Positions 39,625 through 48,876 of a stretch of 64,000 nt of DNA are shown one piece after another. Made by a program: the position numbers and the translations under genes. The notes beneath the pieces were generated by a model. The model was not told the DNA's origin and made no database searches. It saw nothing but the letters and a program-made list of their open reading frames with translations. Numbering within the stretch: the first letter of the stretch is position 1; each line of letters opens with the position of its first letter. The stretch is from a virus (lineage: Duplodnaviria; Caudoviricetes): positions 128,001-192,000 of IMG/VR virus record IMGVR_UViG_3300028591_000079. The stretch is one strand, 5' to 3'.

Positions 39625-40548
39625 ATGAAAAAAACACAAACAGTAGCATATTTGATTGATTTCATAAATTCCAATGGACAAAACATAGAATCACTAAAGC
39701 TCGCATGTGGTACAAATACAAATCTAAAAATCTATTTATGTTTGGACGAAGAAGATCTGATTTCGTATGCAAAAAAATTCAAAAAACACAAAACACCAGC
39801 GGATTTATTAGATGTTATGATAAAAAAACAACCATCAATAAATATATCAGTTGAAGTTTATGATCGTGTTGTAGAATCTGTTAGAAATGATATGGAACAG
39901 TATTTAAAATATAATGGATTCAAAATGGCAAACGCATGGGAAGATCAGGACGGGTGGGTTTCTCATTTTTTAGTTAAGTATTATTATTTTTCGAACTTTT
40001 ATAGAGATAGATGGTTTTTCCCAGAGAATCTAAAAAAAGCAACAAAAGTAAAAAAGACCTATAAAAAATATTCGGACTTTTTAAATTTAGCAAGAAAAAG
40101 CATCACAGAAGAAAGAAAAGTTCAAGCAAGAAAATGCGCAGAAAATCCAGAAGCAACACTAAGGAAAAGTTCTGTTGACACTCCAATGTTCCAAAACAAT
40201 CAACGAATTACAATGTTGGATATTACTTCTAGACAAGATGTTAGCGAAGACCAGATGTTTGATTCCTACCACGAGGCATTGTCTATAAAAAGAAAAATAA
40301 TGGAATATGCAGAGAATTTTGAAGATGGTAAATATGCAAAAAAAATACAAACAATGCTAGAAACTGGAGAATGCAAGGGTAAAAAAATAGAATTGGTACT
40401 ATTGAAAATCTTTGCTTATAAATCTGGAATAGTAACAGCAAAATCAATAAAATTCATAAATTCACTGTCAAGAACATATAAAGAAAAATTTGGAATTAGT
40501 TCTGCATTACTTAATAAACAAATGAGAGAACTTGGAATAAAAAAATAA
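39625..40548 (+). CDS. Hypothetical protein, candidate divergent sigma factor
   Basis: Weak resemblance to sigma regions 2 and 3.2 (YSDFLNLARKSITEERKVQAR; SSVDTPM..TMLDI). Confidence 0.4.
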   Translation: MKKTQTVAYLIDFINSNGQNIESLKLACGTNTNLKIYLCLDEEDLISYAKKFKKHKTPADLLDVMIKKQPSINISVEVYDRVVESVRNDMEQYLKYNGFKMANAWEDQDGWVSHFLVKYYYFSNFYRDRWFFPENLKKATKVKKTYKKYSDFLNLARKSITEERKVQARKCAENPEATLRKSSVDTPMFQNNQRITMLDITSRQDVSEDQMFDSYHEALSIKRKIMEYAENFEDGKYAKKIQTMLETGECKGKKIELVLLKIFAYKSGIVTAKSIKFINSLSRTYKEKFGISSALLNKQMRELGIKK

Positions 40549-40553
40549 AAAAA

Positions 40554-40560
40554 AGTTCTA
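40554..40560 (+). promoter_or_regulatory. Putative late promoter motif AGTTCTA
   Basis: Precedes two hairpins with no + strand ORF. Confidence 0.6.
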
Positions 40561-40564
40561 TATA

Positions 40565-40650
40565 ATGGGCACTGTGATTTTATTTTCATAGTCGAGCCCA
40601 TATCCCGGTAGTATCCAGTTTTCCTCCTTTCCCTGGATACTACCATTTTT
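40565..40650 (+). ncRNA. Putative two-hairpin small RNA with anti-SD loop (may double as a bidirectional terminator)
   Basis: Hairpin 1 at 40565-40601; perfect 12-bp hairpin 2 at 40607-40644 with loop TTTTCCTCCTTTCC; T tract after. Confidence 0.55.
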
Positions 40651-41236
40651 ATAAACTTTTCATTTTTGCCACTTCAAATAAATCTTTGGCCCACTGTGCT
40701 TTATCTCTAAGATAATGATTGTATAAAGTTTTTTCATTGCTAATCATTACGCAATCAATTTTATTATCCAAACACTCTTCAACGGTTACAGGGCCATCAT
40801 CTATAACTAAATCAATTTTATTGTCTTTGAAGGCTTTTACTTTACTATGAGAATCAGTTACTATAATGTTTTCAATGGGGATTAATATATTATTTGTTTT
40901 GAGTTGATTATATGTTTGATATTTTGCCCAACTAATCTTGTTTCCCATATAATCAACATCTGGATAAATACTTTGTCTAGATGTAACAATTTTTAGATTA
41001 TATAACAGATCCCAATTTGCAATTAGTGACGGGTATTTATTGTTTATCAGTGGAGTTGAATATCCTGGTAAAGTTCTAAATCCCATAATGATTTTTTCTC
41101 CAATATCTTTAGGATAACACTCATAAACAGCCCAGGATACTGGAGGATAATAATCTTTTTTATCATTGAAGCCCATCTTATAGACAGGCTCCAAATCAAA
41201 CACAGTATTATCTAAATCAAGTGCTATATTTTTCAT
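40649..41236 (-). CDS. HAD-family 5'(3')-deoxyribonucleotidase-like protein
   Basis: IALDLDNTV, IVTSR, K, VIDDG; ATG at 41236. Confidence 0.85.
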   Translation of the reverse strand: MKNIALDLDNTVFDLEPVYKMGFNDKKDYYPPVSWAVYECYPKDIGEKIIMGFRTLPGYSTPLINNKYPSLIANWDLLYNLKIVTSRQSIYPDVDYMGNKISWAKYQTYNQLKTNNILIPIENIIVTDSHSKVKAFKDNKIDLVIDDGPVTVEECLDNKIDCVMISNEKTLYNHYLRDKAQWAKDLFEVAKMKSL

Positions 41237-41463
41237 TGCACGATCTCTAAAGCTGATGTTGTTGCTGCATACACATCTTTTCCACAAGCTACAGTAAATG
41301 TTTCAGATTTGCGCTTTGTTGTAGATAACATTTCAATTTTTGCTGACACTTGTTCATTCATTGCTCGTGTTAACACATGGGAATTTGTAGAAACACTTAC
41401 ATCATTCCAAGTACCGCCAGAGAACACAGAAATAATTGTTAATGTTGTTGCTATACAAGACAT
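41233..41463 (-). CDS. Hypothetical protein
   Basis: GGAG RBS; fills the operon gap. Confidence 0.5.
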   Translation of the reverse strand: MSCIATTLTIISVFSGGTWNDVSVSTNSHVLTRAMNEQVSAKIEMLSTTKRKSETFTVACGKDVYAATTSALEIVQ

Positions 41464-41464
41464 A

Positions 41465-41707
41465 TTACTCTCCTTTTGTTGTTTTTTCTTGTTTTTTGTA
41501 TAGATTTTTCATGTGAGTATATAACAGTCTTCTGCCAATGATTCTGCCAAGATACAATCCACAAAACACATCCATACAAAACTCTAAAAGTGCCTGAATA
41601 AAAATATAATTTCCATCAAACACAATATTCAAAATAGCATGTGTAATTACAACAAATGCAATTATAAACACTATGCTGAAAAAATACAACATAATCACTG
41701 GCATCAA
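41465..41707 (-). CDS. Small membrane protein
   Basis: Two hydrophobic segments and a basic C-terminus. Confidence 0.6.
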   Translation of the reverse strand: MMPVIMLYFFSIVFIIAFVVITHAILNIVFDGNYIFIQALLEFCMDVFCGLYLGRIIGRRLLYTHMKNLYKKQEKTTKGE

Positions 41708-41982
41708 TAATCACCACCATATAAATAAACACTATTTAAAGATTGTTGCCGTAACGGATTATAGTTGCATTCTACATGAGTTGTGTTTTGATATGTAACA
41801 TATGTATCATATCTACCAGCAATTGGGTCCCAAGATTTATACGACTGAGGATAATCTCTAACCGTATAACATTCCGGGACCTTATAATATGTTGGACTAC
41901 CATATCCAAATGGACGACTAATTTCTGGATTCGAACAAGCTGTTAAAATAAATATTGAAAATAAACATAAAAATTTCTTCAT
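41704..41982 (-). CDS. Putative lipoprotein
   Basis: MKKFLCLFSIFILTAC lipobox; AAGGAG RBS. Confidence 0.75.
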   Translation of the reverse strand: MKKFLCLFSIFILTACSNPEISRPFGYGSPTYYKVPECYTVRDYPQSYKSWDPIAGRYDTYVTYQNTTHVECNYNPLRQQSLNSVYLYGGDY

Positions 41983-41992
41983 AATTTTCTCC

Positions 41993-42286
41993 TTAAATGT
42001 TTCTAATTGATTCTCGTATTGCAACCAAATCTTCATACATTCTTGTTTCAATATTATCCCTGTTGTCACTAGAGTTATCACGCAAAATTCTTACATTGTT
42101 ATATTTATCAATAATAGAGTCAACATAATTGCCTAGGCTTTTTATATCTTCTTTTATTGAAGAATCCGACTTTTGTATATTAAGCTGTTCCAAAAACCAT
42201 TCTTTGTTGTTTTCTACATAATTCAAAACATCGTCTGCATCAATAGTAACATCTGCTTTGATTTCTAGCCCCCACGGATATTTCAT
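41993..42286 (-). CDS. Hypothetical protein
   Basis: AAGGAG RBS. Confidence 0.6.
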   Translation of the reverse strand: MKYPWGLEIKADVTIDADDVLNYVENNKEWFLEQLNIQKSDSSIKEDIKSLGNYVDSIIDKYNNVRILRDNSSDNRDNIETRMYEDLVAIRESIRNI

Positions 42287-42306
42287 CTTTTTCTCCTTGC
42301 GTTTTA

Positions 42307-42720
42307 TTATATCATTGTTGACATAAATTTATCTGTTCCACCACATAATTCAACAGCAGCATCAAAATTTTCATTTTCAAACACAATCATGTTATGCTCT
42401 GTATCAATTGTTTTTGGCGAGTCATTATTATCACTTTTACAAATATAAAAGATAATTCCAGGATATTGCTCTTTAATTTTTTGAATAATATTTTTTCTAC
42501 CGTCATCTTTCAAATATTTTTCATCTACTTTATAAAATTTATATTTCATATTGATAGAATCAGAAATAACGACAGCAATTTGGGCACCATTTAAGGTTAA
42601 TTCCGCATCTGTTTCAATATTTGGCGAAACAAAACTTTTATTTAAAAAGTTTTTACGGTTTGCTATTTTCATTTTTTCTAATTCATCTGTTATTTTTTGT
42701 ATAAAAGTTTCTTTATTCAT
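42307..42720 (-). CDS. Hypothetical protein, paralogue of 43352..43765
   Basis: Shared C-terminus VF..VELCGG vs VF..IELLGG. Confidence 0.6.
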   Translation of the reverse strand: MNKETFIQKITDELEKMKIANRKNFLNKSFVSPNIETDAELTLNGAQIAVVISDSINMKYKFYKVDEKYLKDDGRKNIIQKIKEQYPGIIFYICKSDNNDSPKTIDTEHNMIVFENENFDAAVELCGGTDKFMSTMI

Positions 42721-42722
42721 TT

Positions 42723-42890
42723 TTAACTCCTTTTCCAATAGACATTGATGATATTATCTCCTTTGTCTGTTTCTATTTTATAACATTTTAATTTGTTTTG
42801 CAATACATTTTTGATTATAAAACTGTCAGGCATATAATCAAAAATAGGGTATTCATATTCTCCAACAAGTTTATTATTTACAAGAAACAT
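42723..42890 (-). CDS. Hypothetical protein
   Basis: GGAG RBS before ATG at 42890. Confidence 0.5.
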   Translation of the reverse strand: MFLVNNKLVGEYEYPIFDYMPDSFIIKNVLQNKLKCYKIETDKGDNIINVYWKRS

Positions 42891-43350
42891 TTTTATCTCC
42901 ACTTTGATTATTGCAAAACCATCCAGATAAAAGATAAGTATATCTATCGTTTTTTGCTTGTTTATCGTTAAATATAAATTTTTTATATGCATCAATATAT
43001 TGTTTTTGTTTTATATCCTCTTTTGTGTCAAAATATACAAAATTTTTACCATTAGAGAACATTGTTATGTGATCTTTTACATCTGTGAAATTATAAAACA
43101 CATTCAGAGTATGATCATAAATACCACATAAAAAACAAGCATCTTTATTTGTGATCTTTGGAATTGCACATCCTAATTGCTCATCCAAAACTTCAACAAC
43201 TGCCGGGGATAAATACCATTTTTCATCTGTATCAATAGAAATATCAAAAATATGACAAAAAACTTTGCTAGAACCGTCTGTCATATCAAACTTGTCCATA
43301 AATTCTGTTATTGTTTCCATTTTAAAAAACAAAGTCAAATCGTGTTTCAT
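42874..43350 (-). CDS. Hypothetical protein
   Basis: 158-aa ORF in operon. Confidence 0.55.
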   Translation of the reverse strand: MKHDLTLFFKMETITEFMDKFDMTDGSSKVFCHIFDISIDTDEKWYLSPAVVEVLDEQLGCAIPKITNKDACFLCGIYDHTLNVFYNFTDVKDHITMFSNGKNFVYFDTKEDIKQKQYIDAYKKFIFNDKQAKNDRYTYLLSGWFCNNQSGDKNVSCK

Positions 43351-43351
43351 A

Positions 43352-43765
43352 TTAATCCTCTAAAGTATCCAAAAAAGGTTCTATTCCACCAAGTAATTCA
43401 ATTGTTGTTATCACATTTGGATCAAAAACAACAAAATTACATTGTTCGTCACAGTTTTCTTTACCAATATACATAACGGTATCATATTCTTTTGTCAATT
43501 TTTCTCTTATCTTTTCTATGTTTCTATTTTTCCAATCAATAAACCCCTTATAACAGATCGGAGATTCAAATTCTTTATGCTTTTTTCCATATTGCTCAAA
43601 AAATATCAAAGCAACTCTGTATCCGGTCCTTGTAAACATTCTATTTTGATATTTTTCAGATGTTTGATCCATAAGAGTTGACTTAAAATTGTTTACATAA
43701 GGCTTTGTTGTCTCGTCTTCCGATAAAAAATCTTCAAAAGCTGTAAAAAATTCATTGGTTGTCAT
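43352..43765 (-). CDS. Hypothetical protein, paralogue of 42307..42720
   Basis: Shared motifs with 42307..42720; AAGGA RBS. Confidence 0.6.
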   Translation of the reverse strand: MTTNEFFTAFEDFLSEDETTKPYVNNFKSTLMDQTSEKYQNRMFTRTGYRVALIFFEQYGKKHKEFESPICYKGFIDWKNRNIEKIREKLTKEYDTVMYIGKENCDEQCNFVVFDPNVITTIELLGGIEPFLDTLED

Positions 43766-43774
43766 ATTTTATCC

Positions 43775-44029
43775 TTATTCGATTACTTCTTTATAGTCTT
43801 TTTCTCTTATTAACCACACATTTCTTCTTCTGTTATTCATATCATACATTCTATATCTCCAAAAAACTCTATTACTCAAAACCAAGGCAAGAAAAACACG
43901 AGTATCTACATCTACAGTTTTTCTTTCTACAACCTTTTTAGTGCCAAATTTTATTTCTGCATTGTTTATTTCATAGAGTTTTTGGTTTTCTGGCACATCA
44001 TTGCTAAAAATCACAAAACTAACCTTCAC
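43775..44029 (-). CDS. Hypothetical protein
   Basis: GTG start overlapping the end of clpP. Confidence 0.5.
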   Translation of the reverse strand: MKVSFVIFSNDVPENQKLYEINNAEIKFGTKKVVERKTVDVDTRVFLALVLSNRVFWRYRMYDMNNRRRNVWLIREKDYKEVIE

Positions 44030-44615
44030 GACTTACCTTTATACCATCAATTAGGCCTTTTTTACCGTATTTTTTAGCGTCTTCTGCCTTCAAATAACAA
44101 TCTCTTTCAATATCTTGTGCGATTTTGGACTTTTTTTCACCACTGACCTCAGAATAAAAATCTACTAGCCAATCTTTCATGTCTTGAATGTTTTTTGCTT
44201 GAATTTGAATGTCGGTAGCTTGTCCCTTTGCGCCACCCAATGGCTGATGTATCATAATTTCAGTATCTTTCAGTGCAAATCTCTTACCTTTAGCACCACC
44301 AGCCAACAAAACAGATGCCCCAGATGCACACATACCCATACCCAAAGTAGAAACATCACAAGAAACATAATTCATAGCATTCAAAATAGCACGAGTAGCA
44401 GTAACAGAACCGCCTGGAGAATTGATCCACATTTGAATGTCTTTATTTTTATCTTCTGATTCTAAAAACAACAATTGTGCCACTACACTGTTTGCTAATT
44501 CGTCTGTGATTTCTTCACCAACAAAGATAATGCGATCAGACAACAACCGAGAATAGATATCACATGCACGTTCACCATCCTTAGTTTTAGAAATAACCAT
44601 TGGTATCAAAGCCAT
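44019..44615 (-). CDS. clpP: ATP-dependent Clp protease proteolytic subunit
   Basis: [30 protein letters not shown] (Ser), MIHQP (His), ERD (Asp). Confidence 0.96.
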   Translation of the reverse strand: MALIPMVISKTKDGERACDIYSRLLSDRIIFVGEEITDELANSVVAQLLFLESEDKNKDIQMWINSPGGSVTATRAILNAMNYVSCDVSTLGMGMCASGASVLLAGGAKGKRFALKDTEIMIHQPLGGAKGQATDIQIQAKNIQDMKDWLVDFYSEVSGEKKSKIAQDIERDCYLKAEDAKKYGKKGLIDGIKVSREG

Positions 44616-44641
44616 TTATAACTCCTTTTGTTTACAACTCC

Positions 44642-44669
44642 ATTATAACATATTTAATTCTATTGTAAA
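44642..44669 (-). promoter_or_regulatory. Sigma70-like promoter for clpP with ATTAAA in the spacer
   Basis: Minus strand TTTACA-atagaATTAAAtatgt-TATAAT. Confidence 0.65.
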
Positions 44670-44670
44670 T

Positions 44671-44700
44671 AAAAAACCCCAAGAATAATTTCGAGGGGTT
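44671..44700 (-). terminator. Terminator downstream of the spanin genes
   Basis: Minus strand AACCCC..GGGGTT followed by T tract. Confidence 0.7.
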
Positions 44701-44731
44701 ACAACATGGATGATTATTATCCATCCGCATT

Positions 44732-44989
44732 CTAATTGTGTTTTATTGTTTTGTCAAGCATTTCATTTGTTGTGTTATTTTGAGCTTTTTCTTTTTGATC
44801 AACTTCTTGCAAACATACTATAATTTGAGAAAAAGTCTTGGTTCCATCATAGCATTGAGAAGTTGGATAATTAGTTTGTCTATAATCATTTACAACTACA
44901 TAACTATCTTTACTACCAAAACAACCAGTCAACATCAATATAAAAAACAATAAAATCAACACAACAACAATTCTACCAAGCGTTTTCAT
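44732..44989 (-). CDS. Outer-membrane spanin (Rz1-like lipoprotein)
   Basis: Signal peptide with LTGC lipobox directly after the i-spanin-like gene. Confidence 0.7.
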   Translation of the reverse strand: MKTLGRIVVVLILLFFILMLTGCFGSKDSYVVVNDYRQTNYPTSQCYDGTKTFSQIIVCLQEVDQKEKAQNNTTNEMLDKTIKHN

Positions 44990-44990
44990 A

Positions 44991-45302
44991 TTATTCTCCT
45001 TTTAGATATTTTAGCAATTCTTCTGATGGTTTTGAGTCTCCACATGAATCTTTTGGTATGTTTTGGAATCTTTCTTTATATTCTTTTTCGATTTTTTCCA
45101 TTTCTTGAGCTATTTTTTTATTATATTCTTTTAGATTGTTTACTTCTAATTGCGATGCTTTTAATTGTACTTCTAATGATTCTCTGGTTTGTTTTTCCAT
45201 TTTATAGCTATTTACAGAAGTTCTCCACAACACAAAGAGACCAGAAAAGGCAATGGCAATAATAGCATACAAGATAATTTTAGTTTTTGATAATCCTAAC
45301 AT
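44991..45302 (-). CDS. Inner-membrane spanin (Rz-like)
   Basis: N-terminal TM, coiled coil, C-terminal DSC..P..LL..L; ATG at 45302. Confidence 0.72.
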   Translation of the reverse strand: MLGLSKTKIILYAIIAIAFSGLFVLWRTSVNSYKMEKQTRESLEVQLKASQLEVNNLKEYNKKIAQEMEKIEKEYKERFQNIPKDSCGDSKPSEELLKYLKGE

Positions 45303-45615
45303 TTTTATACCTCTCAAAATTTTTCCAATATAATTGTTTACCACATTTTTGTACAGTACTTATATTATAGAACCAGCAATCATCAAAATTACATACAATT
45401 ATTTCTTTTGAACAATTACCTTCCCATGTGCCATCTTTATTATATCCACCGGTCCACCATCCGAAAGTTTTATATTCTTCACATACCCACTTGATTTGGG
45501 CTGGTTTTATTTTGAATCCTGTTTTTCCTATTTTGGCCTCTTTTTCTGTGCAAGGTTTTTTATATATCCCAGGTTCTCTTATATACACCCAAGTTTTTTT
45601 ATTTGTGTTTTCCAT
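45280..45615 (-). CDS. Hypothetical protein
   Basis: 111-aa ORF overlapping its neighbours. Confidence 0.55.
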   Translation of the reverse strand: MENTNKKTWVYIREPGIYKKPCTEKEAKIGKTGFKIKPAQIKWVCEEYKTFGWWTGGYNKDGTWEGNCSKEIIVCNFDDCWFYNISTVQKCGKQLYWKNFERYKNVRIIKN

Positions 45616-46171
45616 AATATAATTCTCTAAAATGTTTTCTGCAGACAGATTTATAGATTGTATCCCCTAATTGTACTCCTGATCCACCTTTTACAACATT
45701 ACCTTTGGAATCAAATAATAAATGATGATCCGCTAGTTTCATACACCCTTCTATTTGACAATTTGATTTTAGTTGATGTAATTTTGCTCCAACTTCAATT
45801 AATCTTTTAGAAGTTGGAAACATATGCTCATTATAATCCACCAAAAGACCGTAACACATTACTATTTTATTTTCTTTATCTGCCATTTCCACCAATTTGT
45901 CTATATCTTCCGGGGTAAAAAATTGAACCTCATCTACTAATATTACTTTTGTTTCTTTTTTGGGATGATAATTTTGCAAATCTTTTAGTGACAATGCTGG
46001 AGTTTCAATACCAATACGAGACTTTATAATAACATCTCCAAATCTATTATCAAATGATGGCTTTATACACTCCACCTTGACACCATTCTTTTTCCAATTA
46101 TAAGCTTGCATAATAAGCTCTGCAGATTTTGAAGTTCCCATGGTACCATAAGTAAAATGCAAATTAGCCAT
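45599..46171 (-). CDS. tdk: Thymidine kinase
   Basis: YGTMGTSKS, KSRIG, LVDEVQF, CYGL..D, YKSVCRKH. Confidence 0.95.
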   Translation of the reverse strand: MANLHFTYGTMGTSKSAELIMQAYNWKKNGVKVECIKPSFDNRFGDVIIKSRIGIETPALSLKDLQNYHPKKETKVILVDEVQFFTPEDIDKLVEMADKENKIVMCYGLLVDYNEHMFPTSKRLIEVGAKLHQLKSNCQIEGCMKLADHHLLFDSKGNVVKGGSGVQLGDTIYKSVCRKHFRELYYGKHK

Positions 46172-46259
46172 CTTTTTTCCTTATTCGTTGCTCATATTAT
46201 CAAAATAACCTTAAACCATAAGCTGCTGTTCCGATAGCTCTCGTCATTGTTTTTACTCC

Positions 46260-47387
46260 TTATTTGATTCTATTGACTCTATAAAACATACCTTGGCGAC
46301 TAAAAGTTTTTATGTTTTTAGCACCAATGTAACTACCACAACTACGTAAAGACCCACATATATCATTTATAGTGGTTTGTATTGGCCCAGTATATGGAAC
46401 CAACTTACACTCAACGCCTTCACTTGTACCAGTTGATGTTACTTTACCATAATTTTCTCTTTGAGCTCTAAATGAACTCATTCCATAATATTCTTTGAAA
46501 AATTTGTATGTGATTTTATTTTTCAATGTATCTGGATCAACTTCTTCTGTTTTATACCATTTCTGGATCTTTTCCCCGTTAGATTCTTCACATCCAGCAA
46601 ACATTGAACCACTCATGCACATATCAGCTCCAGCAACCAAAGCCTTACAAAAATCAGCATTAGTTTTGAAACCACCATCGGCAATAATATAACCACCTAC
46701 TTGATGAGCCGCATTTGCGCATTCGATAATAGCTGACAACTGAGGTCTTCCACATCCAGTTTTGATTCTAGTATCGCAAACGGGAGAAGGACCAATACCA
46801 ACTTTTACGAAATCTGCACCAGCCAATATTAACTTTTGAACTTCATCACCAGAACAAACATTGCCCACAGCGATCAACCCACCATGAAAGTTTTGTTTGT
46901 TCATAAATTCACGCAACTGTTTTACACAATCTACAATTTCAGGAATATAAGCATTTGGAACATCTAACAATACACTTACCAATGCACCAGTTTCTTTATA
47001 TACAATTTCTACTTTCTTAAATTCTTCTTCCCAATTGCGTTTTCCTACGGTTATAAACAAATTTCTTTCATTACCATAATATTCGCCACAACCATCAATA
47101 CCACCATAAATAATATCTTTCTCTTTTTGCTCTTTTATAAATTCAATGATCTGATCTGCTTTATAAAATTTATGTAGTGTAGCAAAGAATTCATTTTCCA
47201 ATAACTTACTAGCAACAGCAAAAGTACCAGTTTGAGTCATGTTAGCTGAAATAATAGGAACACCACAAACTCCTAAATGTTTATACTCTCTTACGATCTC
47301 TACATCCCCTCTGTGATTAATTGTGGTAGTCTGTGGAGCAATTAGAACATCATCAAAATCTAATTGAACATCGTTGTGTATTATCAT
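46260..47387 (-). CDS. guaC: GMP reductase
   Basis: LDFDDVLI.P, PIISANM, LHKFY, VKVGIGPSPVCDTR..G.GRPQLSAI, IIADGG, YYGMSS, SEG; no CBS domain. Confidence 0.9.
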   Translation of the reverse strand: MIIHNDVQLDFDDVLIAPQTTTINHRGDVEIVREYKHLGVCGVPIISANMTQTGTFAVASKLLENEFFATLHKFYKADQIIEFIKEQKEKDIIYGGIDGCGEYYGNERNLFITVGKRNWEEEFKKVEIVYKETGALVSVLLDVPNAYIPEIVDCVKQLREFMNKQNFHGGLIAVGNVCSGDEVQKLILAGADFVKVGIGPSPVCDTRIKTGCGRPQLSAIIECANAAHQVGGYIIADGGFKTNADFCKALVAGADMCMSGSMFAGCEESNGEKIQKWYKTEEVDPDTLKNKITYKFFKEYYGMSSFRAQRENYGKVTSTGTSEGVECKLVPYTGPIQTTINDICGSLRSCGSYIGAKNIKTFSRQGMFYRVNRIK

Positions 47388-47398
47388 TTTATTTTCCT

Positions 47399-47980
47399 TT
47401 AGATAGATGCAGCCAATAATTTCATATAAGCCTCATCACGTTCTTTTCTTTCTTTTACAACTTTTTCTTTTAGACCCCAACTTTCAATACGTCCCACAAT
47501 CTTCTCCCAATCTTGATAATTATACCCACTACGGTTGTCGGCTGGATAACAATGTCCACGATGCTCTTTTTCATACTCGGTTAAGAATTCATCATCTAAT
47601 ATAATGTAATCTTCAACAGGGTGTTTTTCTAACATTTCTTTTATAATTCTCAACCTTAGCCATGGTTCCCTTTCTGTAAATCTACCGACTGGAGTATCTT
47701 TATATAAATCCAAATCTAACTTTTTGATATTAGCCCATTCTTTCACTTTGGCAATACTTTCTTCTTTATTGAATTGAAACTTCCAAGATGAAATTGAAAT
47801 AAAATGAACAACAACATCATCTGCAAGGTTTCTACAAGCACGATCAAGATAATTCAATTCATACAGATTTAAATCACGAAGCTCACCCATCTCTTGACCA
47901 ATTTTAGTATCATTTCGCCAAGTAGTAACATGAGCGAGTGGTCCGTCAAAATCTGCAAATATAAAAAACTCTTTTGCCAT
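47399..47980 (-). CDS. HAD-superfamily protein (RNA-repair-type HAD domain)
   Basis: FADFDG, ISSW, YIILDD; ATG at 47980. Confidence 0.7.
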   Translation of the reverse strand: MAKEFFIFADFDGPLAHVTTWRNDTKIGQEMGELRDLNLYELNYLDRACRNLADDVVVHFISISSWKFQFNKEESIAKVKEWANIKKLDLDLYKDTPVGRFTEREPWLRLRIIKEMLEKHPVEDYIILDDEFLTEYEKEHRGHCYPADNRSGYNYQDWEKIVGRIESWGLKEKVVKERKERDEAYMKLLAASI

Positions 47981-48876
47981 TATTCTACCTCTACAATTAG
48001 TTTTGGATTCCATTGTGGTTCTGCATAAGTCTCATTACCAGTTACATACCCAAACGGATTCTGATACACTGGAATTGAAACACCTTTGCCTTCTATTTTT
48101 CCTTGCCAACGATTATGCTGATGACCTTGAAGGATAAATGCTGTGTTTGGAATGTTTTCAATTATCCATTTTCTCAAATCATTACAAAAATAAGAATTTA
48201 GTGGTGATCCTTTGAATTCTTCTGCAGTTGATTCAGGTGTTACGGGGAAATGCGTCATCAATATAAATTTTCTACCTTTTTGCATGGCCCTAATATAAGC
48301 AATCTTGATGTCTGCCAAAGTATGTTCAAATTCTTTCCACATGTCATAAGGACTCATAATAACACTTCGATATGTGCTTTCAGGAATAGTATAAGTAAAC
48401 CTAAAATCACTTACACCATATTCAGCAGCCCTCATCGCCTCTTCCTGTTTATCTACACCATCTGACATAAAATTAGTCCACAATGTAGCACCAAACACAA
48501 TCGGAGCATGAATATCAAAATCATCTTCTGTTTTTTGGCAACTATAATCATCTCTATTGGCAAACACTATCAAATTACCAGACCCCAAGCAATCATATTC
48601 ACCTAAAACCTTTTTATATTCTTTATTTAAATCTTCATAACTAGCCTGAAAACCATACATAAAATGATTTCCACCAATAATAATGGCTCTTTGGTTTGGA
48701 ATATATTTATAACAGAATTCTTTTACTTCATTAGGACTAGAACCAACATCACCAGCAATAAGATTTACACCATCAAAACCATCATTCAACTTAGAAAACA
48801 TCTCATCAGTGTATTCTTCGTTGTAATGTTTGTTGTAATAATAATGATTATCACTAAAGAGTCTAAATTTAGTCAT
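47980..48876 (-). CDS. Calcineurin-like metallophosphoesterase
   Basis: SDNH, AGD, GNH, GATLW, THF, GHQH, NP.GY. Confidence 0.88.
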   Translation of the reverse strand: MTKFRLFSDNHYYYNKHYNEEYTDEMFSKLNDGFDGVNLIAGDVGSSPNEVKEFCYKYIPNQRAIIIGGNHFMYGFQASYEDLNKEYKKVLGEYDCLGSGNLIVFANRDDYSCQKTEDDFDIHAPIVFGATLWTNFMSDGVDKQEEAMRAAEYGVSDFRFTYTIPESTYRSVIMSPYDMWKEFEHTLADIKIAYIRAMQKGRKFILMTHFPVTPESTAEEFKGSPLNSYFCNDLRKWIIENIPNTAFILQGHQHNRWQGKIEGKGVSIPVYQNPFGYVTGNETYAEPQWNPKLIVEVE

